Positions 10,096 through 20,600 of a stretch of 64,000 bases of DNA are shown piece by piece; position 1 is the stretch's first letter; each line of letters begins with the position of its first letter. This DNA is from a bacterium (lineage in GTDB: Bacteria > Krumholzibacteriota > Krumholzibacteriia > G020349025). The translations under genes were made by a program, and so were the position numbers. The notes beneath the pieces are model-generated. The model did not search any database. It worked only from the letters and a program-made list of their open reading frames with translations, and was not told the origin of the DNA. The stretch spans positions 11,412-75,411 of the forward strand of contig JANLSU010000111.1 of assembly GCA_031362565.1 (NCBI GenBank), read 5' to 3'.

Positions 10096-10856
10096 CCGAA
10101 GATCCCCCTCACGTACTCGAACGTGCGGCGCTCGGCAGGCTCGTCCGAGAAGATCACCTCGGTGCGATCGATCTCGACGATCTCACCCTTCCACAGGAAC
10201 ATGGTGCGATCGGCCAGCCGTCGCGCTTGCTGCACGAGGTTGGTGACGAGAATGATGGTGATTTCCAGGCGGAGCTCCTTCAGAACGTCCTCGATCCGCA
10301 TCGTTGTCACGGGGTCGATGGCGATCGAAAACTCGTCGAGGCAGAGGATGTCCGGTTGGTGCGACAAGGCCCGCGCGATGGTCAGGCGCTGCTGCTGGCC
10401 ACCCGAGAGCGCGGTGCCGAGGCTCGCCAGCCGGTCCTTGACCTCGTCCCACAGCGCCGACTGCCGCAGGCACCGCTCAACGATGTTGTCGAGGTCATCC
10501 TTGCGCTTCAGCCCCGCCGCACGCGGCGCGAAGGCGACGTTGTCGTAGATCGAAAGCGGCAGGCCGACCGGCAGTGGCGCTACCATGCCGATCTTGCGGC
10601 GCAGGCCAAAGACGTCCTTGACGCGCCGGATATCTTCGCCGTCCAGCCGGATCGTACCCGAAACCTTGGCTTCGGCAACAAAATCGATGGTGCGGTTGAT
10701 ACAGCGCAGGAGCGAGGTCTTCCCCGACTGCGCCGGGCCGATGATGCCGAGGACTTCGTTGCGCCGGACGTCGAAGCTGATTCCGTGCAGCACTTCCTTG
10801 CCGGAATACGTCAGGCGCAGGTCCTCGACTTCGATGGTCTTCGATCGGTCGTTCAC
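10092..10856 (-). CDS. pstB: Phosphate ABC transporter ATPase, copy with degenerate Q-loop and H-loop
   Basis: GPAQSGKT and LSGGQQQRL present; Q-loop MVAPLP, D-loop SIAID, H-loop VTNL. Confidence 0.88.
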   Translation of the reverse strand: MNDRSKTIEVEDLRLTYSGKEVLHGISFDVRRNEVLGIIGPAQSGKTSLLRCINRTIDFVAEAKVSGTIRLDGEDIRRVKDVFGLRRKIGMVAPLPVGLPLSIYDNVAFAPRAAGLKRKDDLDNIVERCLRQSALWDEVKDRLASLGTALSGGQQQRLTIARALSHQPDILCLDEFSIAIDPVTTMRIEDVLKELRLEITIILVTNLVQQARRLADRTMFLWKGEIVEIDRTEVIFSDEPAERRTFEYVRGIFG

Positions 10857-10860
10857 GGGC

Positions 10861-11772
10861 CTACCATTTCTTGCGGTTGCGCAGCCAAACCCGCAGGGTG
10901 ATGGCGGTGGCGTTGACCATCAGCACCGAGCCCAGGAGCACGATCGCAGTGGCGTACGGGATCGACGCTTTGACGTTCGGCACTTGGGTGGCGACGGTGT
11001 AGAGGTGCATCGACAACGCCATGCATTGACCGTCGAGTTTGTACGGGAACAGGTCGCCCCGCTCCACTGCTTTGAAGAAAACTGCCCCCGTGAACATGAT
11101 CGGCGCCGTTTCGCCGGCGGCCCGGCTCACCTGCAGGATGACGCCGGTCAGAATGCCGCTGATCGAGTTGGGAAGCACGACCGCCCGGATCGTCTGCCAG
11201 CGCGTGGCGCCGACGTTCCAGCACGCGGTGCGGAATGCCATCGGCACCGATGACAGGGCCTCGCGCGTGCTGGCGATGATGACGGGCAGCGTCATGATGG
11301 CCAACGTCAGCGCCGCGGAGATGACCGAGTAACCGAAACGCGCCGCGTAAACGAACGCGCCAAGTCCGAAGAGCGCGTGCACGATGCTCGGCACGCCGGC
11401 CAGGTTGATGACCGCCAGGTTGATGATCCGGTTGAACCAGTTGTCCTTGGCGTACTCGTGCAGGTAGATGGCCGCGAGAACGCCGATTGGCGCGGCGACG
11501 GCAAGGGACAGGCCGACGAGGTAGAGCGTGCCTACGAAGGCGGGCCAGATGCCGCCTTCGCGCATGCCTTTTTTCGGTACCTCGACGAGAAACTCCCAGG
11601 AAAGCGACGGCGCGGCTTGGACGAGCAAATAGGCGATGATCGCCACGAGCGGCACGATCATCGACACGGACATCGTGAAGAAGATCCATTTGGCGACCGA
11701 CTCGCTGCGTTCCTTGCGGAAGACGTGTGGGGTCTTGGTGAACAGCGCAGTAACGACTGGAACTTCCGACAT
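10861..11772 (-). CDS. pstA: Phosphate ABC transporter permease PstA
   Basis: AAIYLHEY, NLAGVPSIV and SRAAGETAPI motifs. Confidence 0.93.
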   Translation of the reverse strand: MSEVPVVTALFTKTPHVFRKERSESVAKWIFFTMSVSMIVPLVAIIAYLLVQAAPSLSWEFLVEVPKKGMREGGIWPAFVGTLYLVGLSLAVAAPIGVLAAIYLHEYAKDNWFNRIINLAVINLAGVPSIVHALFGLGAFVYAARFGYSVISAALTLAIMTLPVIIASTREALSSVPMAFRTACWNVGATRWQTIRAVVLPNSISGILTGVILQVSRAAGETAPIMFTGAVFFKAVERGDLFPYKLDGQCMALSMHLYTVATQVPNVKASIPYATAIVLLGSVLMVNATAITLRVWLRNRKKW

Positions 11773-11778
11773 GGCCCC

Positions 11779-12765
11779 TCACTTCCTGCGCACGCCGCGG
11801 ATCACCAGGTCGGCGGTGAGATTGACGGCGAAGGTGATAATGAACAGCAGCGTGCCGGTCAAGAAGAGCACCCGGTAGTGGTCCGATCCAGCCGGCGCCT
11901 CGCCGAGCTCCGCGGCGATATTCGCGGTCAGCGTCCGGACGGAATCGAGCAGGCTGTGCGGTATCTGCACGGCGTGCCCCGTTGCCATCAGCACGGCCAT
12001 GGTCTCGCCGACTGCACGCCCAACGCCCAGCAAGACGGCAGCCAAAAGCCCGTTGCGGGCCGCCGGCACGAGCACGCGATACACCGTCTGCCACTTGGTG
12101 GATCCGAGCGCCAGGGAAGCCTCCCGATAGGAGTCGGGCACGGCTTTGAGGGCGTCCTCGCCGATCGAGACGATGATCGGCACGCTCATCAAGGCGAGGA
12201 TCACGCCGGCGTTCAAGAGGTTCACGCCGACCGGGGCGCCGGTAATCGCGGTGGTCAGCCGGCTCATCACGGTCAGGCCAATGAATCCCCAGACGACGCT
12301 GGGGATCGCGGCCAGCAACTCGATGACGATCTTGAGTGTCTCCTTCAGCCTCGGACCGCAGAATTCCGAGATGAAGATGGCTGCCCCGAGACCGAACGGA
12401 ACCGCCAGCGCAATCGCGATCGCCGTCACGCTCAGCGAGCCCACCGTCAGCGCCAAAGTTCCGTAGCGGACGTTCGACACCGAGGTCGGGTACCACTCGG
12501 TGCTGAACAGGAACTCCAGAATGTGGAAATTTTTCGAGAAGAGGACCGGCGCCGCTTCGCGAAAAATGAAGAAGAAGATCGCCAGCACGAACAGGATGGC
12601 GCTGATCCCGGCGAGGCGGATGACCCCTTCGAGCGCCTGTTCGCCGAACACGGCGAGCGCCGAGCGCTGCGGGCGGGCGGCCGCAATCGCGTCGCTCATC
12701 CCGGCGGCGGCCGTTCGCGGCGTCGATCCCTGGGGATGGGCCATCGTCGACTCATCAGTTGCCAT
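11779..12765 (-). CDS. pstC: Phosphate ABC transporter permease PstC
   Basis: ELLAAIPSVVWG and GRAVGETMAV motifs; start uncertain (12765 or 12744). Confidence 0.92.
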   Translation of the reverse strand: MATDESTMAHPQGSTPRTAAAGMSDAIAAARPQRSALAVFGEQALEGVIRLAGISAILFVLAIFFFIFREAAPVLFSKNFHILEFLFSTEWYPTSVSNVRYGTLALTVGSLSVTAIAIALAVPFGLGAAIFISEFCGPRLKETLKIVIELLAAIPSVVWGFIGLTVMSRLTTAITGAPVGVNLLNAGVILALMSVPIIVSIGEDALKAVPDSYREASLALGSTKWQTVYRVLVPAARNGLLAAVLLGVGRAVGETMAVLMATGHAVQIPHSLLDSVRTLTANIAAELGEAPAGSDHYRVLFLTGTLLFIITFAVNLTADLVIRGVRRK

Positions 12766-13663
12766 GCGGACCGGCGGGCACCGGCACGTAGCCGCTGTCC
12801 TCGAGGATCTTCTGGCCGGCAGGGGACAGCATCCAGTCGATGTAGGTCTTGACCTCGCCCTGCGGCTCGCCAAGCGTGTACACCTGGAGCGAGCGTGCCA
12901 GTGGATAGGTCTTGTTCAAGGTGTTGGCGACCGACGGTTCGAACGCCGTCTCGCCGGCCTTGGAAGCCAGCCTGAGCATCTTGACCGACGGCGTCGCGTA
13001 GCCCATGCCGCTGTATCCGATCGCGGTTGTCGTGTTGGCGACGAGCTCGACCACTTCCTTGGAGCCGTTCATGTCGCGCGAGCCAAGCTTGAAGTCCTTC
13101 TTGCGGAGCACATGCTCGCGGAAGAACTCGTAGGTACCGGAGCTCGACTGGCGGCTGACACGGACGATCTCATCGTTGGACGTACCGGGCAACGTCACAC
13201 CGAGCTGCGACCACTTGGTGAACGTGCCGTCTTCGGCGAAAATCTGGGCGAGCTGCTCCATCGTGATCTCGTTCAACGGGTTGTCCTTGTGGACGTAGAC
13301 GGCAAGCGCGTCGTAGCCGACGATGAACTCTTTCGGGTCCTTGCCCGAGTTGCGCCGCGCCTGCTCCATCTCCTCGGGCTTCATGTCGCGGCTCGAATTG
13401 GCGATGTCGATCGTGCCCTTCTCGAGCGCTGCGATCCCCACGCCGGAGCCTCCACCCGAGATCTCGACGTCGACTTTCGGGGCGACCTTCTTGTACTCCT
13501 CGGCCCAAGCCTGGGCGACGTTCACCATGGTGTCCGAGCCCTTCACCTGGATGGACGTCGTGGCGGAACCGGAGTCCTGTTTGTTGCCGCACGCCCCGAG
13601 GACGCAGGCCCCACCGATTGCCAGGCTGGCGCCGAGCAACTTCGCGAACCGTAACGTTCTCAT
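12755..13663 (-). CDS. pstS: Phosphate-binding lipoprotein PstS
   Basis: Lipobox LGAC; KGSDT, GGGSGVG, SSGTYEFF and YPLAR motifs. Confidence 0.93.
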   Translation of the reverse strand: MRTLRFAKLLGASLAIGGACVLGACGNKQDSGSATTSIQVKGSDTMVNVAQAWAEEYKKVAPKVDVEISGGGSGVGIAALEKGTIDIANSSRDMKPEEMEQARRNSGKDPKEFIVGYDALAVYVHKDNPLNEITMEQLAQIFAEDGTFTKWSQLGVTLPGTSNDEIVRVSRQSSSGTYEFFREHVLRKKDFKLGSRDMNGSKEVVELVANTTTAIGYSGMGYATPSVKMLRLASKAGETAFEPSVANTLNKTYPLARSLQVYTLGEPQGEVKTYIDWMLSPAGQKILEDSGYVPVPAGPHGN

Positions 13664-13752
13664 CCGCTCCTACCTCCCTCTCCCACACAGCTGGTTCACG
13701 AACGCGGAACATATTTCTGTTTTCTATCGATGGCGAGAGCCTCTGCGGTTGG

Positions 13753-14853
13753 TCAACGTTTGGCGCGGTCGCGGATCGCCGCGACGAGGTCGCGAAGCTG
13801 GCTCTCGATGAACGTGTAGGTCTTCTCGTACGCCTCACGCACCTCGGCTTCGCTGCCGGTGGCGCGGCTCGGGTCTTCGACCGGCCACTCGAGGAGGACC
13901 GCCTTGCGCGGTCGGCGCGGGAAGGCCCGCTTGGCCTCGGGGGCCAGGAGGACGATGACGTCCTGGTGTTCGAGGTTCTCGACGTCGGTGACCGCCTTGG
14001 GCACGGCCCGCGACACGTCGAGGCCCTTGGACTGCATAAAGGCCGTCGTCGCCGGTTCGACCGGTATCGGGTCGAGCCCAGCGCTCGCAAACACGAAACC
14101 CGGCTCATTGAGCGACGCACCAATGGCCTCGGCCATCACGCTCCGGCAGGAGCTTCGCTCGTCGATGAAGAGCACGTCCATGACGGCCGCGTGCGGGTGC
14201 TTCGCGATCTCGCCGGTACAGAGGTACAGCGTCTCCATGCTGATGTTGCGCGCCTGATCGGAGACCCGCTCGAGGCGCCGGATCACCATGATCAACGGGT
14301 ACACCGCTTCGAAGGGCAGACTCCCGTGACGGAAAGCCTCCATGACATCCGTGGTCAGCTTGTCGCGCAACAAATCCACCGCCTCGTCGGATTCGATGGT
14401 CTTGCTGGCGAGAGCCGAATCCTGATCGACGAACGACTGGATCGCGTCGTCGAGCATGTGTTCTGCGAGGCCGCCGATCTGTTGTAAGCGGTCGAGCGGC
14501 AGCTGGGCGTCGATCTGGCTCAGGCGGAGCGCTTCCCGGGCGATCGCCTCCGCGTAGTCGCCGACCCGCTCCAGTTCCAGGTTGATCTTGATGCTCGAGT
14601 ACGCGAAGCGCAGGAGCCGAGCCGCCGGCTGGTGGCGGACGAGAAAGCGCAGACAGAGCTGATCGAGCTGCTTCTCCGCCGCGTCGATATAGCTGTCGCG
14701 GAGGATGACGGCGAACGCGAGCTGACGGTCCTTCTCAAGTACGGCGCGAATACTGCCGCGGACCGCGGTCTTCGCCATCTCGCCCATTTCGACGACCTGG
14801 CGGCGGATTTCCTCCAGATCCTCCTGGACCGCTGCCTCGAGGTGGCCTGTCAT
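13753..14853 (-). CDS. phoU: PhoU fused to a C-terminal ArsC/LMW-PTP-like domain
   Basis: Two PhoU repeats (LERVGDYA, LERVSDQARNI), then VLFIDERSSCRSVMAEA...SAG...W-x-VEDPS (LMWPc fold). Confidence 0.88.
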   Translation of the reverse strand: MTGHLEAAVQEDLEEIRRQVVEMGEMAKTAVRGSIRAVLEKDRQLAFAVILRDSYIDAAEKQLDQLCLRFLVRHQPAARLLRFAYSSIKINLELERVGDYAEAIAREALRLSQIDAQLPLDRLQQIGGLAEHMLDDAIQSFVDQDSALASKTIESDEAVDLLRDKLTTDVMEAFRHGSLPFEAVYPLIMVIRRLERVSDQARNISMETLYLCTGEIAKHPHAAVMDVLFIDERSSCRSVMAEAIGASLNEPGFVFASAGLDPIPVEPATTAFMQSKGLDVSRAVPKAVTDVENLEHQDVIVLLAPEAKRAFPRRPRKAVLLEWPVEDPSRATGSEAEVREAYEKTYTFIESQLRDLVAAIRDRAKR

Positions 14854-15227
14854 CCTGTCTCCGTCTCGTTTACTCAGTCCGAACGACATCTTCGCACAAC
14901 CCATAAGAACCGTCTGTGAGGCGACACGTCAAGTGCAGAAGGAGGCGGGCGTGGCCCCACCCCCTTGGCCGCCGGGGAGTTACGCGTTGACGAAGCCAAA
15001 CTCAGGATTCCAGTCGGTACCGACGCCCGATCACCGACGCGACCGTCGGTGCGGGGTCGGTCCAGGCCAACGGTCGGTCCGTTGGGGGGGCGTGACCCAC
15101 GTCGTTCGGGCTCGGGGGGCTCGATTCCGCTGTCGGCGCCGGCGGCCGCTCTGGCGTACTATCCGGTTCGAATCGCGCCCTGGCGTTGCGCTCGAGGCGG
15201 CGTCTCATCCCTTCCTCGTGAGGACCC

Positions 15228-16118
15228 ATGCAATTTCTTCGTGCCTTGATGCTCGCGGCGGTGTCCGCGGCGGCGCTCACTGCCGTGCCCCGCGCCGCCG
15301 ACGCGGCACCCGCGCGTTCGAAGGCGCGATTGGAGTACTCCTGGGGCGTCGATGGCTCCGTGGTCGGCACCGGCGTCGCCGCGCTCTTGATCGCCGCGCA
15401 ACTGAATACCGATACCCGGGCAGTCCCGCCGGGCGGCTTCAATCGAGATGACGTGCATTGGGGCGTCGACCGGCGTGTCGTACACGAGGTGGATTCAGTT
15501 GCCGACCGGCACAGCAACACGACGCGTGATTTCGCGCTCGCCCTGCCGCTCGTCTTGGGTGCCTTCACGGCCGCGCCCGGCAATCGGCTGCGCGCCAGCG
15601 TCGACCGCATCGCACTGCACGTCGAGGCGGCCGCGATTTCACAGGGCGTCGTCGACATCCTGAAGAAGAGCGTGTCGCGGCCGCGGCCCTACACATACCT
15701 GGCCGCCGCGGACCGCCCGGCGGCTTCGATCTTTGACGTGACCAAGGACCGCGCGTTTCAGTCGATGCCTTCAGGCCACGCGTCGACGGCCTGGTGTGCG
15801 GTCGGCGTGACGCTCGCGGATCCATGGCTCGACGCGCCGGACGCGACGTGGAAACGCCGCGCCGCAGTTGCATTTATCGGGTCGACGATTGCGACCGCAA
15901 CGGGTGTGCTGCGGACCGAAGGAGGGCAGCACTTTCCGACCGACGTGACGGCGGGTAGCGCGATCGGTCTCGCGTCGGGCATCGCCGTGCCGCTCTTGCA
16001 TCGCTTCACGGTGGACGGCGCGCCCATTGCGGCGCGCTCGCGGCGCGGCTGGTTCGAAAAGACGGCCGGTCTCGTGGCTGGGATCGGCGCCGGAGTCCTG
16101 TTGGGCGAAAAGCTCTGA
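15228..16118 (+). CDS. PAP2-family phosphatase (secreted/membrane)
   Basis: K-x6-RP (KKSVSRPRP), PSGH and R-x5-H-x3-D (RTEGGQHFPTDV) motifs; signal peptide. Confidence 0.85.
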   Translation: MQFLRALMLAAVSAAALTAVPRAADAAPARSKARLEYSWGVDGSVVGTGVAALLIAAQLNTDTRAVPPGGFNRDDVHWGVDRRVVHEVDSVADRHSNTTRDFALALPLVLGAFTAAPGNRLRASVDRIALHVEAAAISQGVVDILKKSVSRPRPYTYLAAADRPAASIFDVTKDRAFQSMPSGHASTAWCAVGVTLADPWLDAPDATWKRRAAVAFIGSTIATATGVLRTEGGQHFPTDVTAGSAIGLASGIAVPLLHRFTVDGAPIAARSRRGWFEKTAGLVAGIGAGVLLGEKL

Positions 16119-16120
16119 AC

Positions 16121-17521
16121 TCAGCGCCCAGCGCCAGGGCCGCCGATGGCCGCTGCTAGATCCTTGATCACCTGTGCATCGACATGCCCAGGCTGGGCGT
16201 ATTCGCCCTGCCCGGGGGCTGCCGTGCTTGCCACGAATAGGTGATTGAGGGCCGGATACCACGTGCACCGCGCGTTCGTCCGCCCGGCGAGTGCCTTCTG
16301 CCACAGGTCGAAATCGGTTCGTCCCACCTGGTAGTCATGCCCGCCCTGCAGAACGCGGATCGGGATCGCCAGCCCGCGCGCCGTCTTGGCCGGGTCATAA
16401 CTGCGCAAGTCGAGCCAGTACGAACCCGGTAGCGGCGCTCCGAGCACGGTCACGACCGAGGTGTCGGTGAGTGCCGCACTGCGCACCTGGACGCGCAAGC
16501 GTTCGGCGGCTTCGAGTTGGGTTTTTTCGTAGTTGGAGACCGAGCTGTCGACATTGGCGAGGAATGTCAGCTGCTCGACCAAGAGATCCTCGAGCGGCCG
16601 CACGTTGCCGGCGAGCAATGCCAGGCCGGCGATGTTCGACTGTCCGGCCGCAATGCGCGGTCCGAGATTGGCGCCCAAACTGTGCCCCAGCACCCAGATG
16701 CGTTTTGCATCCACGCCGGGCGTATGGCCGAGCAATGCGACTGCGGTGCGTGCGTCGTCGATGGTTTCGCCCCAGACCGTCAGTCCGGCAATGGATGGAT
16801 TCTGCTGTTGCGACAAGAGCAGCGTGCGCTTGTCGTAGCGCAGTACAGCGATGCCGCGGCTCGCGAGCCCCCAAGCCAGATCCCGAAACGGCTTCACCGC
16901 TTCGATCGTTTCGTCACGGTCGTGCGGCCCCGACCCGTGCACGAGCACGACCGCCGGGAAAGGTCCGGTGCCCTTGGGCATGGTCAGCGTGCCCGGCAAC
17001 TTCCATGTACCACTCTCGACGGTGATTGCGGTTTCGGCGAAACGTTCGGGCTGGGCGTATGCCGGCGGTGTCCAAGGCGGCCGGTTGTCCGGCGTGCCGC
17101 CCGGTGGTGCCGCGCTCGCAGCCGGCGAGAAGAAAAAGCCCGCGACCAGGTCGCCGGCGTTGAACACGATCTTGATGTCGAGCGGCAGATTCTCGAAGGC
17201 GCAGGTCAGAATGACGATGCGGTACTCGCCCCTCGCTTCGGTGCGTGCGCCGGTGATACTGCGAAACGCCCCCGCCTGCGCCCCGATCTGCTGCCACACC
17301 GAACTCAAGCGCTCCGCCGGCAGCGCTTCCCGCATCTTGTCGTCGAACCGTGCCACCGGGCCGGCGAAATCCTGCGCCACGAGTTGGGCGACGATTTGTT
17401 TCGCTGCTTCCTCGATCGGCGTCGCCGTAGCCGCGCCGCTGGTACCCATCAAGAGGAGCGCAATCAACGCCACCGGCGCGCCCAGTTTCGATCGCAATCG
17501 CATTCGCAGTCTCTCCCGCAT
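16121..17521 (-). CDS. Secreted alpha/beta hydrolase with N-terminal DUF3887-like domain
   Basis: VLVHGSGPHDRDE, nucleophile GHSLG, QGGHDYQV and NHLF motifs. Confidence 0.85.
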   Translation of the reverse strand: MRERLRMRLRSKLGAPVALIALLLMGTSGAATATPIEEAAKQIVAQLVAQDFAGPVARFDDKMREALPAERLSSVWQQIGAQAGAFRSITGARTEARGEYRIVILTCAFENLPLDIKIVFNAGDLVAGFFFSPAASAAPPGGTPDNRPPWTPPAYAQPERFAETAITVESGTWKLPGTLTMPKGTGPFPAVVLVHGSGPHDRDETIEAVKPFRDLAWGLASRGIAVLRYDKRTLLLSQQQNPSIAGLTVWGETIDDARTAVALLGHTPGVDAKRIWVLGHSLGANLGPRIAAGQSNIAGLALLAGNVRPLEDLLVEQLTFLANVDSSVSNYEKTQLEAAERLRVQVRSAALTDTSVVTVLGAPLPGSYWLDLRSYDPAKTARGLAIPIRVLQGGHDYQVGRTDFDLWQKALAGRTNARCTWYPALNHLFVASTAAPGQGEYAQPGHVDAQVIKDLAAAIGGPGAGR

Positions 17522-17615
17522 TGTCGCACTAGAGCCGCGCCGCAGCTCGAGCTACAGCGGCGCCGGGCCCGGGCGGGGAGAGTAACACGGCGGCGAACGC
17601 CGCATCGTAGCAGGC

Positions 17616-20600
17616 TCAAAATTCGATGCCGATCCCAACACGAAACAAGCGCCGCGGGCCGTATACATTGGGATCATGCACCGGAATGAACTCGTCGAAC
17701 CCGTCACCGTCGCTGTCATGCAGGAACGCGCCGCCGAATTGACCGGTCTCGGTGGCGTACTCCCGGTAAGCGGCGCGCGCATCGGGTGGGGCCGGGCCGG
17801 CGCCCGGCGCGACGCTCACGACCTGCGCTTCGTCGAGAAGGTTCTTGCCGTCGAAAATGAGCCGCAAGTCGTGTCCGTGCAGCTGAAAGTACTTCTGGCC
17901 GCGAAAATCGACGGTGTGGGTCGAGGGGCGGCGCCGCGAGTTCTCGAGGGTGGGATCGGCGCGGCGCTCGAATCGGAACGCCGGGGTCCAGGGGAAACCG
18001 CTGCCGTACTGGAATACCGTCGTTGCCGCCCAATCTCCGGCCCGCGCCAGGGTGACCGCGGCGTTGAAGGTGTGCCGCTGGTCCCAGTCGAGCGGCAGCT
18101 CGCCGGTCGGCAGATGCGACAGGCCTTGCGCCTGGCGGCCGAAATCCGCGTCGGAACTCACTCCATCCGCGAACCCCCAGGTGTAGGCGAGGTCGAACGC
18201 GAAGCCCCGGCTCAAGGCCTTGTTGAACGCCAACTCGACGCCGCGCGAGCTCGCATAGGTCTTGTTGACGTACCGCAAGTTCTGGATGCCGGTCGAATCG
18301 TCCGTGATCTCGGTCGATGACACGAGCCCATACACATCCTTGTTGAAGAGCGCGAACTGCGTCGACAAATCGCGTGACCACTGGTGCTTGATGCCGGCCT
18401 GAAAGGCAATCGAGGTCTCCGGCTGCAGGTTCGGGTTGCCGAGCGTGCCGCCCCAGGTCGGATCCTGGGAATCGAACAGGTACGCCTTGGGCGGAAACTG
18501 AATGAAACGTCCATAGTGGAAGTGGAAAACGTCGCGATCGGTGATCGGGAAGGCGAGGCCCAAACGCGGGCTCCACTGCGTTTGCCAACGATCGAGCTCG
18601 CGGGCGATCTCTTTGTTCCGGACGTCGATGCTGACGCCGGAACCCGGCGAGAAGAAGTCGTAGCGCACCCCGCCATTCACCACCATGCCTTCGTGTTCCC
18701 AGCGGTCTTGCAAGTAGATCGAACCTTCCGGTGCAAAGGAGTGGAAGTTGTCGCGGAACAACCCGAATGGCCCATGGAACACCCGTTGCCGCCCGGGCGA
18801 ATCGATGGATACCTGGTCGAGATCGGCGTACTGCAGTTGGAAGCCGCTCTTCACCTTGTGGTTCGCAAACCGCAGCGTCGAGAGGTCGCTGCGGAGCAGA
18901 TACGTCGCGGTTTGGCGCTGTGACCAGAACGGAAAATCGTAGGCGGTCGCGAACAGCGGGTACTCCGAATCGGTGTAGAAGTCGGGGTTGCCGATTGCAA
19001 CGGGGCCGCGCCCTGGAATCCACAGGAATTTGCCGGCCGTCTCGTACTGTTCGGGGGTTTGATTCGCGACCGCCGTCGTGACATCGAAGGCGAGGCGCGA
19101 CAACTTCACCTCGTAGTAGGTCTTCGTCGACAGCGCCTGTGTGAACGACCATTTGAGCTGCTGGCTGCGGCTGTCGGTGCGCGCCAGATGATCGGCGGCA
19201 TTGTAGGCGCGCTTGCTCGAATCGCCGGGCGCGCTCGTGGCTTCCGGGCCCCACGTCGACAACGGGCGCTGGTACCCCTCGAACAACGGGTAATCCGCCA
19301 AAACGTACGCCGGGCGGCCACTGCGTCCCAAGGCGTCATCGACTCGCACCGCGCGCAAGGTCGAGTTGTCGGAGAGGGGCAGAAGGCAGTACACGCAGTC
19401 GCGCGCGTCCCGAATGTCGTAATAGGTTGCTTGGGCCGCACGCGCCCGCCAGGGTCCGTCGTACGTCGTGATGCGATTGCCGGTCACGAACCAGAATGCG
19501 GGGTTGCGCGGGTTCACCTGGAGTTCTGGAAATCCGACGATGCGTGTCGTCGCACCCGGCACATTCCAAGTTTGCACATACGGATCCGAGTGGCCGCGAT
19601 CGAGCGTCCACTCGCCGGTCATCTTGATGGTGCTGCCGAGCTTCCAGTCGAGACGGACCTGGCCGCGGTATTGCGCCGCGGCGCGATCGCGCGTCGTCAC
19701 GAACCCACCCAGGTACTGGTGCTGGCGGTAGGTTCGCCCCGGCGGATGCTCGCCGTCCTGGAACGTTGCTTCGCCGGAGGCGTAAAACGCCAGGTTCTCG
19801 AATTGCGTCGGCCCGCCGAGCCCGAGCGCAACTTGGTCGAAGTTGGTGAACGTCTTGTCGGCGCGCCCGTAGTCGTCGGTCCGGTAGTTCAGAATACCCT
19901 CGAAGCGTCTGCCGCCGGCCCGCGTGTTGTAGGTGAGAACCGACGACGCGTTGCCGTACTCGGCATCCAGCCCGCCATTGATCAGTTGATAGTCGGCCAC
20001 TGAAAGCGTCGAGAGATCCAGTCCCGCGCCCGTCAACGGGTCGGTCGAGGCCACGCCGTTCGTCATGGTCGATGTCTGGTGGCCGTAGGATCCCTCCACA
20101 TGCAACACGCCATCCGTGACCACAACCCCGGCTTCCATACCCACCGCGTCGACCACGTTTTCGACCGGCAGGCGGCTGATCTGCTCGTGGGTCTTGGAGT
20201 GTTTGATCTCCGAGTCGTGCACGTCGTAGTCGGATCTCGGGCCGTGCACGACGACGGGGTTGACGCGCTGGTCGAGCGATTGGGCCAGCACGATACGCAG
20301 GCGCGCCGTTTCTCCCGCTTCGACACGCACGCCCAGCGTCGACCGCGGGGCGTGTCCAACGATGGAGGCGCGGACCTCGTACGTTCCCGGCCGCAGTCCG
20401 GCGATACGGAATTCGCCGTTCGCGTCGGTCATGCTGCCCGACGTCGTGCCCGCCAGGAACACCCCGGCATAACGCAGCGGCCGGCCGGTCGTTTGGTCCA
20501 GAACCTGGCCCGTGATGGTGCCCGTGGGGAGCGGGGCACCGCGGGCCAGGCCCGATGTCAGGACGAAGAGTAACGCGGCGAGGGCCGCAAGGGACCGGCG

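Noticed and set aside
13664..13752. Pho box upstream of pstS
   Set aside because: AT-rich, but no convincing 11-bp-spaced direct repeat
15140..15190. tRNA suggested by GGTTCGAATC
   Set aside because: No T-stem, acceptor stem or cloverleaf can be formed around it
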